A DNA stretch of 33,591 bases from Chloroflexota bacterium (GTDB lineage Bacteria; Chloroflexota; Dehalococcoidia; SM23-28-2; RBG-16-64-32). Position numbers and translations under genes: made by a program. The notes beneath the pieces are model-generated. The model had not been told where the DNA came from and ran no database searches. It worked only from the letters and a program-made list of their open reading frames with translations. Each line of letters opens with the position of its first letter. The stretch's first letter is position 1. The stretch is taken from assembly GCA_022565075.1 (NCBI GenBank), contig JADFKG010000001.1:1-33591 (forward strand). Direction: 5' to 3'. Shown here piece by piece: positions 19,252-27,405 of this stretch.

Positions 19252-20729
19252 GCACCTCACTCGAATGGGGACTGCTGGCGCCCGAAATCCTGCTCGCGGG
19301 CTGGGCAGCGTTCATCATCCTCATCGATCTCTTCTGGGGCGGCCTGGGCAAGGAGCGTCTGGGCTGGCTGGCAGCGATCGGCGCTGCCGCCGCCGGCGGG
19401 CTGTCGCTGATCTGGGTCGGCGACACGAAGCAGTTCGGCGATCTGGCCGACATCAACGACTACACGACGCTGTTCCGCGTCCTCTTCTCCGGCATCGGCG
19501 CGACCATCTGCATCCTCTCCGCGCGCTACGTGCGGGACCGCCTGCTGCACCCGGGCGAGTACTACGCCCTGATTCTGCTCGCCATCATCGGCGCCAACGG
19601 TATGGCGGCCGCGCACGAGCTGCTCACCGCTTACATCTCGCTCGAGCTGCTCAGCTTCAGCCTCTACACCCTCACGTCGTACGCCAAGTTCGACCTGCGT
19701 TCTAACGAGGCCGGCCTGAAGTACATGCTGCTGGGGGCGTTCTCGTCCGCGATCTTCCTCTACGGCATCGGCCTGATCTACGGGACGACGGGCTCGACCC
19801 AGTTCGCCGTGATCGGCGAGGTGCTGAGCGGAGATACGAGCGACATCGAGTGGGGTATGTACCTGGGCCTGGCGCTGATGATCGGCGGACTGGGATTCAA
19901 GGTGGCGGCGGTGCCGTTCCACATGTACACGCCAGACGCCTACGAAGGCGCGCCGATCCCGATCACGGCGCTGATCTCGGCGCTGGCGAAGGCGGCGGGG
20001 TTCGCCTTCTTCCTCAAGCTGTTCGCCGTGGCCTTCCTGCCTTTGATCGACGACTGGCGCTACTTCATCGCCGGCCTTTCCGTGGCGACGATGGCGCTCG
20101 GCAACCTGGTCGCCATCCAGCAGCGCAACATGAAGCGGCTGCTCGCTTACTCCAGCATCGGCCAGGTGGGATATCTGCTGCTGGGCATCGCGGCGCTCTC
20201 GCAGGACACGGCGAGCGCGCTGGTGCTGCACATGATCGGCTACGTCGTGACGAACCTGGCGGCGTTCACCTGCGTCATCCTCTACTACAACTGGACCGGC
20301 AGGGAAGAGATCGAGGAGTACAAGGGGCTGGCCCAGCGCGCTCCCTACCTGGCGCTCTGCCTGACGATCGCGCTCTTCTCGCTCGCCGGCATGCCGCTAT
20401 TCGCCGGCTTCACTACGAAGTTCATCCTCTTCCAGGCGGCCGCCGACGAGGACATGTTGTGGCTGGCGGGCGTGGCAGCGTTCTTCAGCTTCGTCTCCCT
20501 CTATTACTACCTGATCGTGATCCGCGAAATGTATGTGGGCGAAACGGAGGAGAAGACGCGCTTCCCGACGCCGTGGCTGGAGTACACGGCGCTAACGGTT
20601 CTCATCGCCGGCGTCTTCCTGATCGGTCTCTACCCGAAGCCGGTCCTCGAGCTCGTCGAGGACGGGACGGCGACGATCTTCGTGAGCGAGGAGTTAGACC
20701 CTGGCGAAGATCTCATAGGAGTGCCTTAG
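19248..20729 (+). CDS. nuoN: NADH-quinone oxidoreductase subunit N (antiporter-like)
   Basis: ATG overlaps the nuoM stop (ATGA). Contains FKVAAVPFHMYTPDAYEGAPIPITALI and LLAYSSIGQVGYLLLG. Confidence 0.93.
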   Translation: MSTSLEWGLLAPEILLAGWAAFIILIDLFWGGLGKERLGWLAAIGAAAAGGLSLIWVGDTKQFGDLADINDYTTLFRVLFSGIGATICILSARYVRDRLLHPGEYYALILLAIIGANGMAAAHELLTAYISLELLSFSLYTLTSYAKFDLRSNEAGLKYMLLGAFSSAIFLYGIGLIYGTTGSTQFAVIGEVLSGDTSDIEWGMYLGLALMIGGLGFKVAAVPFHMYTPDAYEGAPIPITALISALAKAAGFAFFLKLFAVAFLPLIDDWRYFIAGLSVATMALGNLVAIQQRNMKRLLAYSSIGQVGYLLLGIAALSQDTASALVLHMIGYVVTNLAAFTCVILYYNWTGREEIEEYKGLAQRAPYLALCLTIALFSLAGMPLFAGFTTKFILFQAAADEDMLWLAGVAAFFSFVSLYYYLIVIREMYVGETEEKTRFPTPWLEYTALTVLIAGVFLIGLYPKPVLELVEDGTATIFVSEELDPGEDLIGVP

Positions 20730-20767
20730 CTGCGTAACAAGCCGGGCCCTTTCGCGTTCCAACTATC

Positions 20768-21679
20768 ATGAGGTTTGGCCGGCCACACTCCGAGCGGCTC
20801 GCTTTAGGAGCCGCTTTCTCACTTCTGCTGCTTGCGATCGCCGCGTTCTTGCTGATGCGGCCGTCGGCACAGGCCAGCGAGCAGCCTGAGTTCTTGCTCC
20901 CCTGGCAGCACGGCCAATCGTGGCTTACGGGGGCGGCCGGCTTCCACAACGCGAACGACGCGATCGACTTCTTCCCGCCCGATACGCCGCTCAGCATCGG
21001 TATCAAGTGCGAAGGCGACCCGGACTGGGTGCTCGAGGTGTCGTCTTATTACATCCTGTCCTCGGCGGCGGGCGTCGTCGTGCAAGCGAGCGACGCCTCG
21101 GTGCTGATAGATCACGGGGGCGGCTGGCGATCGCGCCACTACCACATGACGGAATTCGTCGTCGAGGTGGGCGACTACGTGACGGCAGGCCAGCGTCTCG
21201 CCCGTCCGTCGACGCTCGGCTTCTGCTCCAGCGGGCCGCACAACCACTTCTGGATTCAGGGGCCGAGCGGCGAGACGACAGCAGACGTGACGCTGTCCGG
21301 GATTCCCGCCACGGAGATCGGCACCGACACGTACTACAGCGCCACGTCCAACTTCGAACCCGTGGCGGGTGGTGCCTCACCACCGCCTGCGCCAACAGCC
21401 ACGCCGGGCGGGCCTCTGCGCGGCGACGCCAACTGTGACGGCGGGGTCAACGCTAACGACGCTACCACGGTGCTCTGGATCATCACTGGCCGTACGGATC
21501 CTGAGTGCGGCGTAGTGACGGCGGACACGGACTGCGACGGTCTGATCACGGTACAAGATGCTCTTGACATCCTGAGGCACGTGCCGGCGCTCTCCGTGCT
21601 CCCAGCCGCGGCCTGCCCGACGCCAACGCCAACGATGATTCCGGACGACACGCCGACGCCAACAGCGCCCGGCGGATGA
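20768..21679 (+). CDS. Secreted or anchored M23 (LytM-type) metallopeptidase with a C-terminal dockerin-type module and a Pro/Thr linker
   Basis: N-terminal hydrophobic signal/anchor (LALGAAFSLLLLAIAAFLL). M23 motifs HNAND (HxxxD), RHYHM and GPHNHF (HxH). Two Ca-loop repeats, DANCDGGVNANDATTVL and DTDCDGLITVQDALDIL (about 21422-21583). PTPTPT tail. Confidence 0.75.
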   Translation: MRFGRPHSERLALGAAFSLLLLAIAAFLLMRPSAQASEQPEFLLPWQHGQSWLTGAAGFHNANDAIDFFPPDTPLSIGIKCEGDPDWVLEVSSYYILSSAAGVVVQASDASVLIDHGGGWRSRHYHMTEFVVEVGDYVTAGQRLARPSTLGFCSSGPHNHFWIQGPSGETTADVTLSGIPATEIGTDTYYSATSNFEPVAGGASPPPAPTATPGGPLRGDANCDGGVNANDATTVLWIITGRTDPECGVVTADTDCDGLITVQDALDILRHVPALSVLPAAACPTPTPTMIPDDTPTPTAPGG

Positions 21680-21701
21680 AGCCGCGCCCAACCTGCACGC
21701 C

Positions 21702-23033
21702 TTAAAGTATCGGCAGGTAGCGCTTAAGCTCGTAGTCGGTGACGTGGCGGCTGAAGTTCGTCCACTCGATCTTCTTATTCACAAGCAGACTCTCGAAGAG
21801 ATGCTCGCCCAGGCACTCGCGCAATAGCTCGCTCTGCTCGGCAAGATCGATCGCCTGCTGGAGGCTGCCGGGCAGTTGATCTATGCCGCGTTCCTTGCGC
21901 GCCTCGTCGCTCATCTCGAAGACGTTCTCTTCCAGCGGCTCCGGACAGGTGTAGCCCTCCGCGATTCCCTTGAGGCCCGCCGCCAGCATCGCCGCGAAGA
22001 CAAGGTACGGGTTGCACGACGGGTCGGCAGCGCGATACTCAAGGCGGGTGGCGCTCTCCTTGCCGCGCTTGTACTCTGGCACGCGGATCAGGTCCGAGCG
22101 GTTACGTCGCGCCCACGAGAGGTATACCGGCGCCTCGAAGCCGGGCACGAGCCGCTTGTAGGAGTTCACCCACTGGTTCGTGACCATGGTGATCTCCGGC
22201 GCGTGATGGAGGAGGCCGGCGATGTAGCTTCGCGCAGTCGCCGAGAGCTGGTACGAATCCTTGGCGTCGAAGAAGGCGTTGCTCTCTCCCTTGAAGAGCG
22301 ACTGGTGGACGTGCATGCCGGAGCCGTTCTCGTCGCTCATCGGCTTCGGCATAAACGTCGCGTAGACGCCGTTCTTGAGCGCGACTTCTTTGACCGCGAG
22401 CCGGTAGGTCATCGTGTTGTCGGCCATCGTCAGCGCGTCGGTGTAGCGCAGGCTGATCTCGTGCTGCGATGGCGCGACTTCGTGGTGCGACGTCTCGACG
22501 GGGATGCCCAGCTCCTCCAGCGTGAGAACCGTCTGGCGGCGAAGGTCCGTGCCGGCGTCGAGCGGCGTCAGGTCGAAGTAGCCGCCGACGTCCAACGGCG
22601 TCGGCGTCTCGGAGTCGGCGAAGTAGAAATACTCCAGCTCCGGGCCCACGTAGAACGTGTACCCAAGGTCGGACGCGCGCTTCACGTTGCGGCGCAGGAT
22701 GTTGCGTGGATCGCCTTCGAACGGCGCGCCGTCTGTCGTCAGCACGTCGCAGAAGAGGCGAGCGACGCGGTTCTCGCTCGGTCGCCACGGCAGAATGGCG
22801 AACGTGGAGGGGTCTGGCATGGCGATCATGTCCGACTCGTCGATCCGCGCGAAACCCTCGATCGAAGAGCCGTCGAAACCGACGCCTTCCTCAAGCGCCT
22901 CGGCGAGGCCTTCGATGGTGATCGCCATGCTCTTAAGCGAGCCCAGGATATCGGTGAACCAGAGCCGTATGAACCTGACGTCGTGCTCGCGCGCGGTCTG
23001 CAGTACGAATTCGGTTGATTCTGCGTCGTTCAT
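21702..23033 (-). CDS. glnA: Glutamine synthetase, type I-alpha-like (443 aa)
   Basis: Start at internal ATG 23033 (MNDAESTEFVLQTAREHDVRFIRLWFTDILG) with GGAGGAGGAG upstream. Contains [43 protein letters not shown]. Collinear by eye with Bacillus-type GS. Confidence 0.9.
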   Translation of the reverse strand: MNDAESTEFVLQTAREHDVRFIRLWFTDILGSLKSMAITIEGLAEALEEGVGFDGSSIEGFARIDESDMIAMPDPSTFAILPWRPSENRVARLFCDVLTTDGAPFEGDPRNILRRNVKRASDLGYTFYVGPELEYFYFADSETPTPLDVGGYFDLTPLDAGTDLRRQTVLTLEELGIPVETSHHEVAPSQHEISLRYTDALTMADNTMTYRLAVKEVALKNGVYATFMPKPMSDENGSGMHVHQSLFKGESNAFFDAKDSYQLSATARSYIAGLLHHAPEITMVTNQWVNSYKRLVPGFEAPVYLSWARRNRSDLIRVPEYKRGKESATRLEYRAADPSCNPYLVFAAMLAAGLKGIAEGYTCPEPLEENVFEMSDEARKERGIDQLPGSLQQAIDLAEQSELLRECLGEHLFESLLVNKKIEWTNFSRHVTDYELKRYLPIL

Positions 23034-23113
23034 CGGTCTCCTCCTCCTGCCAACACCCTCGCAAAGATGGTGAGAGGGAGCCCCGGTGGGCCCCCTCCGT
23101 TCGCGTGGTCGGG

Positions 23114-24562
23114 TTAGACGTCGAAGTAGAGGTGGAACTCCCACGGATGCGGGCGCAGGCGTATCGGGTCGATCTCAGCGGTACGCTTGTAATCGATCCA
23201 GACGTCGATGACGTCCTGTGTGAAGACGCCACCCTTGAGCAGGTACTGGTGGTCCTGCTCCAACGCCTCCAACGCCTCGTCAAGGGAGCTGGGCACGGTC
23301 GGAATCTTGGCCGCCTCCTCGGCGGACAGTTCGTAGGTGTTGCGGTCGACTGGATCACCGGGGTCGATCTTGTTCTCGATGCCATCGAGCCCGGCCATCA
23401 GCATGGCGGCGAAAGCCAGGTAAGGGTTCGCGGCCGTGTCTGGCGGGCGGAACTCAATGCGCTTGGCGTGCGGCTGCTCCGTGTACATGGGGATGCGGGC
23501 GGCCGCCGAACGGTTGCGCGCAGAGTAGACGAGGTTCACGGGCGCCTCGTAGCCGGGAACCAGGCGCTTGTAGGAGTTCGTCGTCGGCGCGCAGAACGCC
23601 ATGAGTGAACGGCCGTGCTTGAGGAGTCCGCCGATGTACCAGCGGCAGAGCTGGCTCGTGCCGGCGTAGCCGTCCTTGTCGTAGAAGAGCGGCTTGCCGT
23701 CCTTCCAGAGCGACTGGTGCGTGTGCATGCCGGAGCCGTTGTCGTCGAAGAGCGGCTTGGGCATGAACGTGGCGACCTTGTTGTGGCGGCGCGCGACGTT
23801 CTTGACGATGTACTTGTACCAGAGGACCTGGTCCGCCATCGTCAGCAGGGTGTCGAACCGCATGTCGATTTCGCACTGGCCGGCGGTGGCCACTTCGTGG
23901 TGGTGCACTTCGATCGTGATACCGACCTTCTCCATCTCGATGATCATCTCGCTGCGGATGTCCTGCAGCGAGTCGTGCGGCGGGACGGGGAAGTAGCCTT
24001 CCTTGAAGCGCGGCTTATAGCCCAGGTTCGGGTTTTCCTCGCGACCGGTGTTCCACGCACCCTCGACGCTGTCGACGTAGTAGTAGCCGGAGTGCTCGTT
24101 CTGGCCGAAGCGGATGTCGTCGAAGATGAAGAACTCCAGCTCCGGGCCGATGAAGATGGTGTCGGCTTCAGTGACGCTGCTAGACTTAACGTACTCTTCC
24201 GCCTTGCGGGCAACAAACCTGGGATCGCGAGTGTACGGCTCCCTGCTCAGCGGGTCCATGATGTCGCAGATGAGGGACAGCGTGGGCAATTTCATGACCG
24301 GGTCGATGCGAGCGGTTGACGGGTCCGGGATCAGGATCATGTCGGACTCCTGGATCATCTGGAAGCCGCGAATGCTCGACCCGTCGAAGCCGATGCCATC
24401 AACCCAGATCGAATTCGCGAGATCGTCAACGTTAGTCATCTGTCTCGGGGTGATCGAGAAGTGTTGCCAGAGGCCTGGGAGGTCGTTGAATTTCAGATCG
24501 ATGATCTGGATGTTGTTGTCCTCGATCATCTTGCTGACTCGCTGGGCGTCTTGTTCGGTCAA
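23114..24562 (-). CDS. glnA: Glutamine synthetase, type I-beta-like (482 aa)
   Basis: TTG start at 24562 with AAGGAGGA 4 nt upstream. Contains [54 protein letters not shown] lies at the position of the adenylylation-loop Tyr. Confidence 0.93.
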   Translation of the reverse strand: MTEQDAQRVSKMIEDNNIQIIDLKFNDLPGLWQHFSITPRQMTNVDDLANSIWVDGIGFDGSSIRGFQMIQESDMILIPDPSTARIDPVMKLPTLSLICDIMDPLSREPYTRDPRFVARKAEEYVKSSSVTEADTIFIGPELEFFIFDDIRFGQNEHSGYYYVDSVEGAWNTGREENPNLGYKPRFKEGYFPVPPHDSLQDIRSEMIIEMEKVGITIEVHHHEVATAGQCEIDMRFDTLLTMADQVLWYKYIVKNVARRHNKVATFMPKPLFDDNGSGMHTHQSLWKDGKPLFYDKDGYAGTSQLCRWYIGGLLKHGRSLMAFCAPTTNSYKRLVPGYEAPVNLVYSARNRSAAARIPMYTEQPHAKRIEFRPPDTAANPYLAFAAMLMAGLDGIENKIDPGDPVDRNTYELSAEEAAKIPTVPSSLDEALEALEQDHQYLLKGGVFTQDVIDVWIDYKRTAEIDPIRLRPHPWEFHLYFDV

Positions 24563-24591
24563 GGTCTCCTCCTTAGGCTGGGCTGTCCCAG

Positions 24592-24597
24592 ATTATA
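24592..24597 (-). promoter_or_regulatory. Candidate -10 box (perfect TATAAT) of the glnA (beta) promoter; no recognisable -35
   Basis: The minus strand reads ...cgcgtc-tgggcgcccgccctgcc-TATAAT-ctgggacagcccagcctAAGGAGGAgaccTTG. The -10 lies about 30 nt upstream of the start codon. The hexamer 17 nt upstream (CGCGTC) does not resemble TTGACA. Confidence 0.5.
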
Positions 24598-24654
24598 GGC
24601 AGGGCGGGCGCCCAGACGCGATCCGAGGGCGTTAAGCCTGTGTTACACGTGAAA

Positions 24655-24700
24655 ATGGGTCGGGCCGGGGGCAGAGGCTTCTAGCCCCGCGCCCCCGGCC
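24655..24700 (-). terminator. Candidate intrinsic terminator after the PII gene
   Basis: Perfect 10-bp GC stem ggccgggggc / gcccccggcc (24663-24672 / 24691-24700) with an 18-nt loop, 15 nt downstream of the PII stop. On the minus strand it is followed by cgacccAUUUUCAc. Confidence 0.5.
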
Positions 24701-24715
24701 GCCGTCAGTTCCTGC

Positions 24716-25075
<360 letters not shown>

Positions 25076-26428
25076 CTAGGCCTCGCTGCCCGACGTTTGC
25101 GCGGGCGGCGGTGGTGGCGGTGGCGGTGGCGGCGGGGACGCGGGCGCTGCGTACGCCGGCGCGCCGGCGTCTTCCAGAACGTAACCGCGCTCGCCGTGTT
25201 GCGTGACGTCCAGGCCCCGCTGCTCGTCTTCCTCAGATACACGAATGCCGAGCGTCAGGTCAAGTGTCTTGAGGATGATCATGGTGACGACGAAGGAGTA
25301 AACTGCGACGACGGCGATGGCGGCGACCTGATCCGCCATCAGACCAGCCTCGCCGCGGAAGAGGCCGTCTACGCCGCCGACTGTGGCACTGGCGAAGAGG
25401 CCGGTTGCGACGCCGCCCCACATGCCGCCCACGCCGTGCACGGCGACGACGTCGAGAGAGTCGTCAAGCCCAACCTTGACGCGTAGCCTGACGGCTCCGT
25501 AGCAGAGGGCTCCGGCTATGGCGCCGATGATGATCGACTCGGCCGGCTCGACGAAGCCCGAAGCCGGCGTGATCGCCACGAGCCCAGCGACAGCACCGGC
25601 GGCAGCGCCGATGGCGCTCGCTTTCCCGGTAAGCGCCCAGCTGACGAAGAGCCAACCCAGCATTGCAGCGGAAGCTGCCGTGCCCGTGACAATGAAGGCG
25701 TTGGCGGCCTGGAAGTTGGCGGCACCGGCGCTGCCGGCGTTGAAGCCAAACCAGCCGAACCAAAGGATGGCCGCACCAAGCACGATGTACGTCACGTTGT
25801 GCGGCTCCATCGCCTCAACGCCATAGCCCTTGCGCCTTCCAAACATGATCGCCGCAGCCAGCGCGGCGGCGCCGGCGTTCACGTGAATCGCCGTCCCACC
25901 CGCGAAGTCGAGCGCGTTGATGTCGCCGAACACGCCGAGGACGTCGATCGCGCTGAAGGCGGACAGGAAGCCGTCGCCGAAGATCCAGTGCGCCACCGGA
26001 GCGTAGACGAGGATGGACCAGGCAGCCATGAAGATGAGGAACGTGCTGAACTTGGCACGCTCCGCGAAAGCGCCTGTGATCAGGGCCGGCGTGATAATGG
26101 CGAACATCAGCTGGAAGACGACGAACGCCTCGTGAGGAATCGCCAAACTGGGATGCGGCTCCATCACTACGCCCTTGAGCCCGATGTAGTCGAGGTTGCC
26201 GATGATGCCGCCTTCGGTGGGGCCGAAGGCAAGCGTGTAACCGATCAGTATCCAGAGCACGCCCACGATCCCCATTACGACAAAGGACTGCATGATCGTG
26301 CCCAGGACGTTCTTGTTGCGGACGAAGCCTCCGTAGAAGAAGGCCAGCCCTGGTGTCATGAACATCACCAGTGCCGACGCAGCGAGCACCCAGGCGGTAT
26401 CGCCGCTATTGATCAGGTCTTCTGGCAT
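25076..26428 (-). CDS. amtB: Ammonium transporter (Amt family) with a C-terminal run of 11 prolines
   Basis: 450-aa ORF with SGDTAWVLAASALVMFMTPGLAFFYGG, DFAGGTAIHVNAG, WFGFNAGSA, VHGVGGMWG. The tail is ...ASPPPPPPPPPPPAQTSGSEA. GGGAGG SD. Confidence 0.95.
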   Translation of the reverse strand: MPEDLINSGDTAWVLAASALVMFMTPGLAFFYGGFVRNKNVLGTIMQSFVVMGIVGVLWILIGYTLAFGPTEGGIIGNLDYIGLKGVVMEPHPSLAIPHEAFVVFQLMFAIITPALITGAFAERAKFSTFLIFMAAWSILVYAPVAHWIFGDGFLSAFSAIDVLGVFGDINALDFAGGTAIHVNAGAAALAAAIMFGRRKGYGVEAMEPHNVTYIVLGAAILWFGWFGFNAGSAGAANFQAANAFIVTGTAASAAMLGWLFVSWALTGKASAIGAAAGAVAGLVAITPASGFVEPAESIIIGAIAGALCYGAVRLRVKVGLDDSLDVVAVHGVGGMWGGVATGLFASATVGGVDGLFRGEAGLMADQVAAIAVVAVYSFVVTMIILKTLDLTLGIRVSEEDEQRGLDVTQHGERGYVLEDAGAPAYAAPASPPPPPPPPPPPAQTSGSEA

Positions 26429-26490
26429 GATTTATCGCCTCCCTATTGGAATACTTGCCGCTCAAGGTAGCACTGGCCTGGCGCCGCGAC

Positions 26491-26528
26491 ATTACGAACG
26501 TGTTACGCACCCATGAACGCGATGTTAC
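26491..26528. promoter_or_regulatory. Candidate operator: four GTTAC-like pentamers at about 11-bp phasing upstream of amtB
   Basis: ATTAC (26491), GTTAC (26502), TGAAC (26514) and GTTAC (26524) on the + strand, with spacings of 11, 12 and 10 nt. They lie 63-100 nt upstream of the amtB ATG. The heptamer GTGTTAC (26500-26506) recurs upstream of glnA at 24640-24646. Confidence 0.3.
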
Positions 26529-26689
26529 GGCCCGAAGTCGATGACGACCCCCGAAACCGTCACCGCAAGTTGGAATGAGCGCATCTGACAGCGCCAGGCG
26601 CTATCCGTGTGAGAAGGCCGCGCTCGCGGAATCCAACGTCTCGCTGGTTCCGCCCTCATTCCGCTACTGTCGAAGCGAAAGAGTGACGC

Positions 26690-27352
26690 CTAGGCCGGGC
26701 CGCGGAAGCGGTAGCCCACGTTGCGCACGGTCTCGATGAACGTCGTGTGGCGGTCCTCGATCTTGGAGCGGAGGCGGCGGATGTGCACGTCGACAGTCCT
26801 GGCGCCGCCGTAGAAGTCGTAGCCCCAGACGTTGTTCAGGAGTGCCTCGCGGCTGAAGACACGGTGGCGGTTGACGGCGAGGAAGCGGAGCAGCTCGTAC
26901 TCCTTGAACGTCAGCTCCACCGGCCGGCCGGCGATGTGCACCGTGTAGTTCGCCAGGTCCATCACCAGCTCGCCGTACTTGAGGACGTTGCTGGAGTCGT
27001 GCCGCTGCAGCCGCCAGAGCACGCGGCGCACACGCGCCGTTAGCTCGTCAGAAGACGCTCCCTCGAGCAAGAATTCGTCGGCGTCACGGAGCGGTTCGAA
27101 CGCTGCGACGTGCTCCGGCCCCACGATCAGCACGAGGCCTGCGCCGTCCTCCGCCTCTGCCCTTTCCATCAGCTGCCGCGCCTGCACGTCCTCGGTCAGC
27201 GAAGGCAGGTGGAGCACGACGGCGTCGACGTTCTCCGGCAGCGGTTCGCTCTCGCCCGGCAGGCGCTGTGATATGGACAGGGCCTGGCCCTCGAGGGCGG
27301 CCGCGTAGCCGGCCAAGGCTGTCTCATCACCGAACAGCAGTACGTGAGGCAT
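26690..27352 (-). CDS. OmpR/PhoB-family winged-helix regulator with a degenerate (apparently non-phosphorylatable) receiver domain; no kinase gene in this window
   Basis: The C-terminus is a canonical trans_reg_C: LTFKEYELLRFL...VFSREALL..VWGYDFYGGARTVDVHIRRLRSKIE...IETVRNVGYRF. In the N-terminal receiver, LLFGDE replaces the DD pocket, VVLH replaces hhhD at the phospho-acceptor position, and there is no conserved Lys (alignment by eye). It lies immediately upstream of amtB and is co-oriented with it. Confidence 0.85.
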   Translation of the reverse strand: MPHVLLFGDETALAGYAAALEGQALSISQRLPGESEPLPENVDAVVLHLPSLTEDVQARQLMERAEAEDGAGLVLIVGPEHVAAFEPLRDADEFLLEGASSDELTARVRRVLWRLQRHDSSNVLKYGELVMDLANYTVHIAGRPVELTFKEYELLRFLAVNRHRVFSREALLNNVWGYDFYGGARTVDVHIRRLRSKIEDRHTTFIETVRNVGYRFRGPA

Positions 27353-27405
27353 AGGAATGTCGCCAATGTTAGCGGCAGCAACGAGATAACGGCAAGCTTC
27401 CCAAC

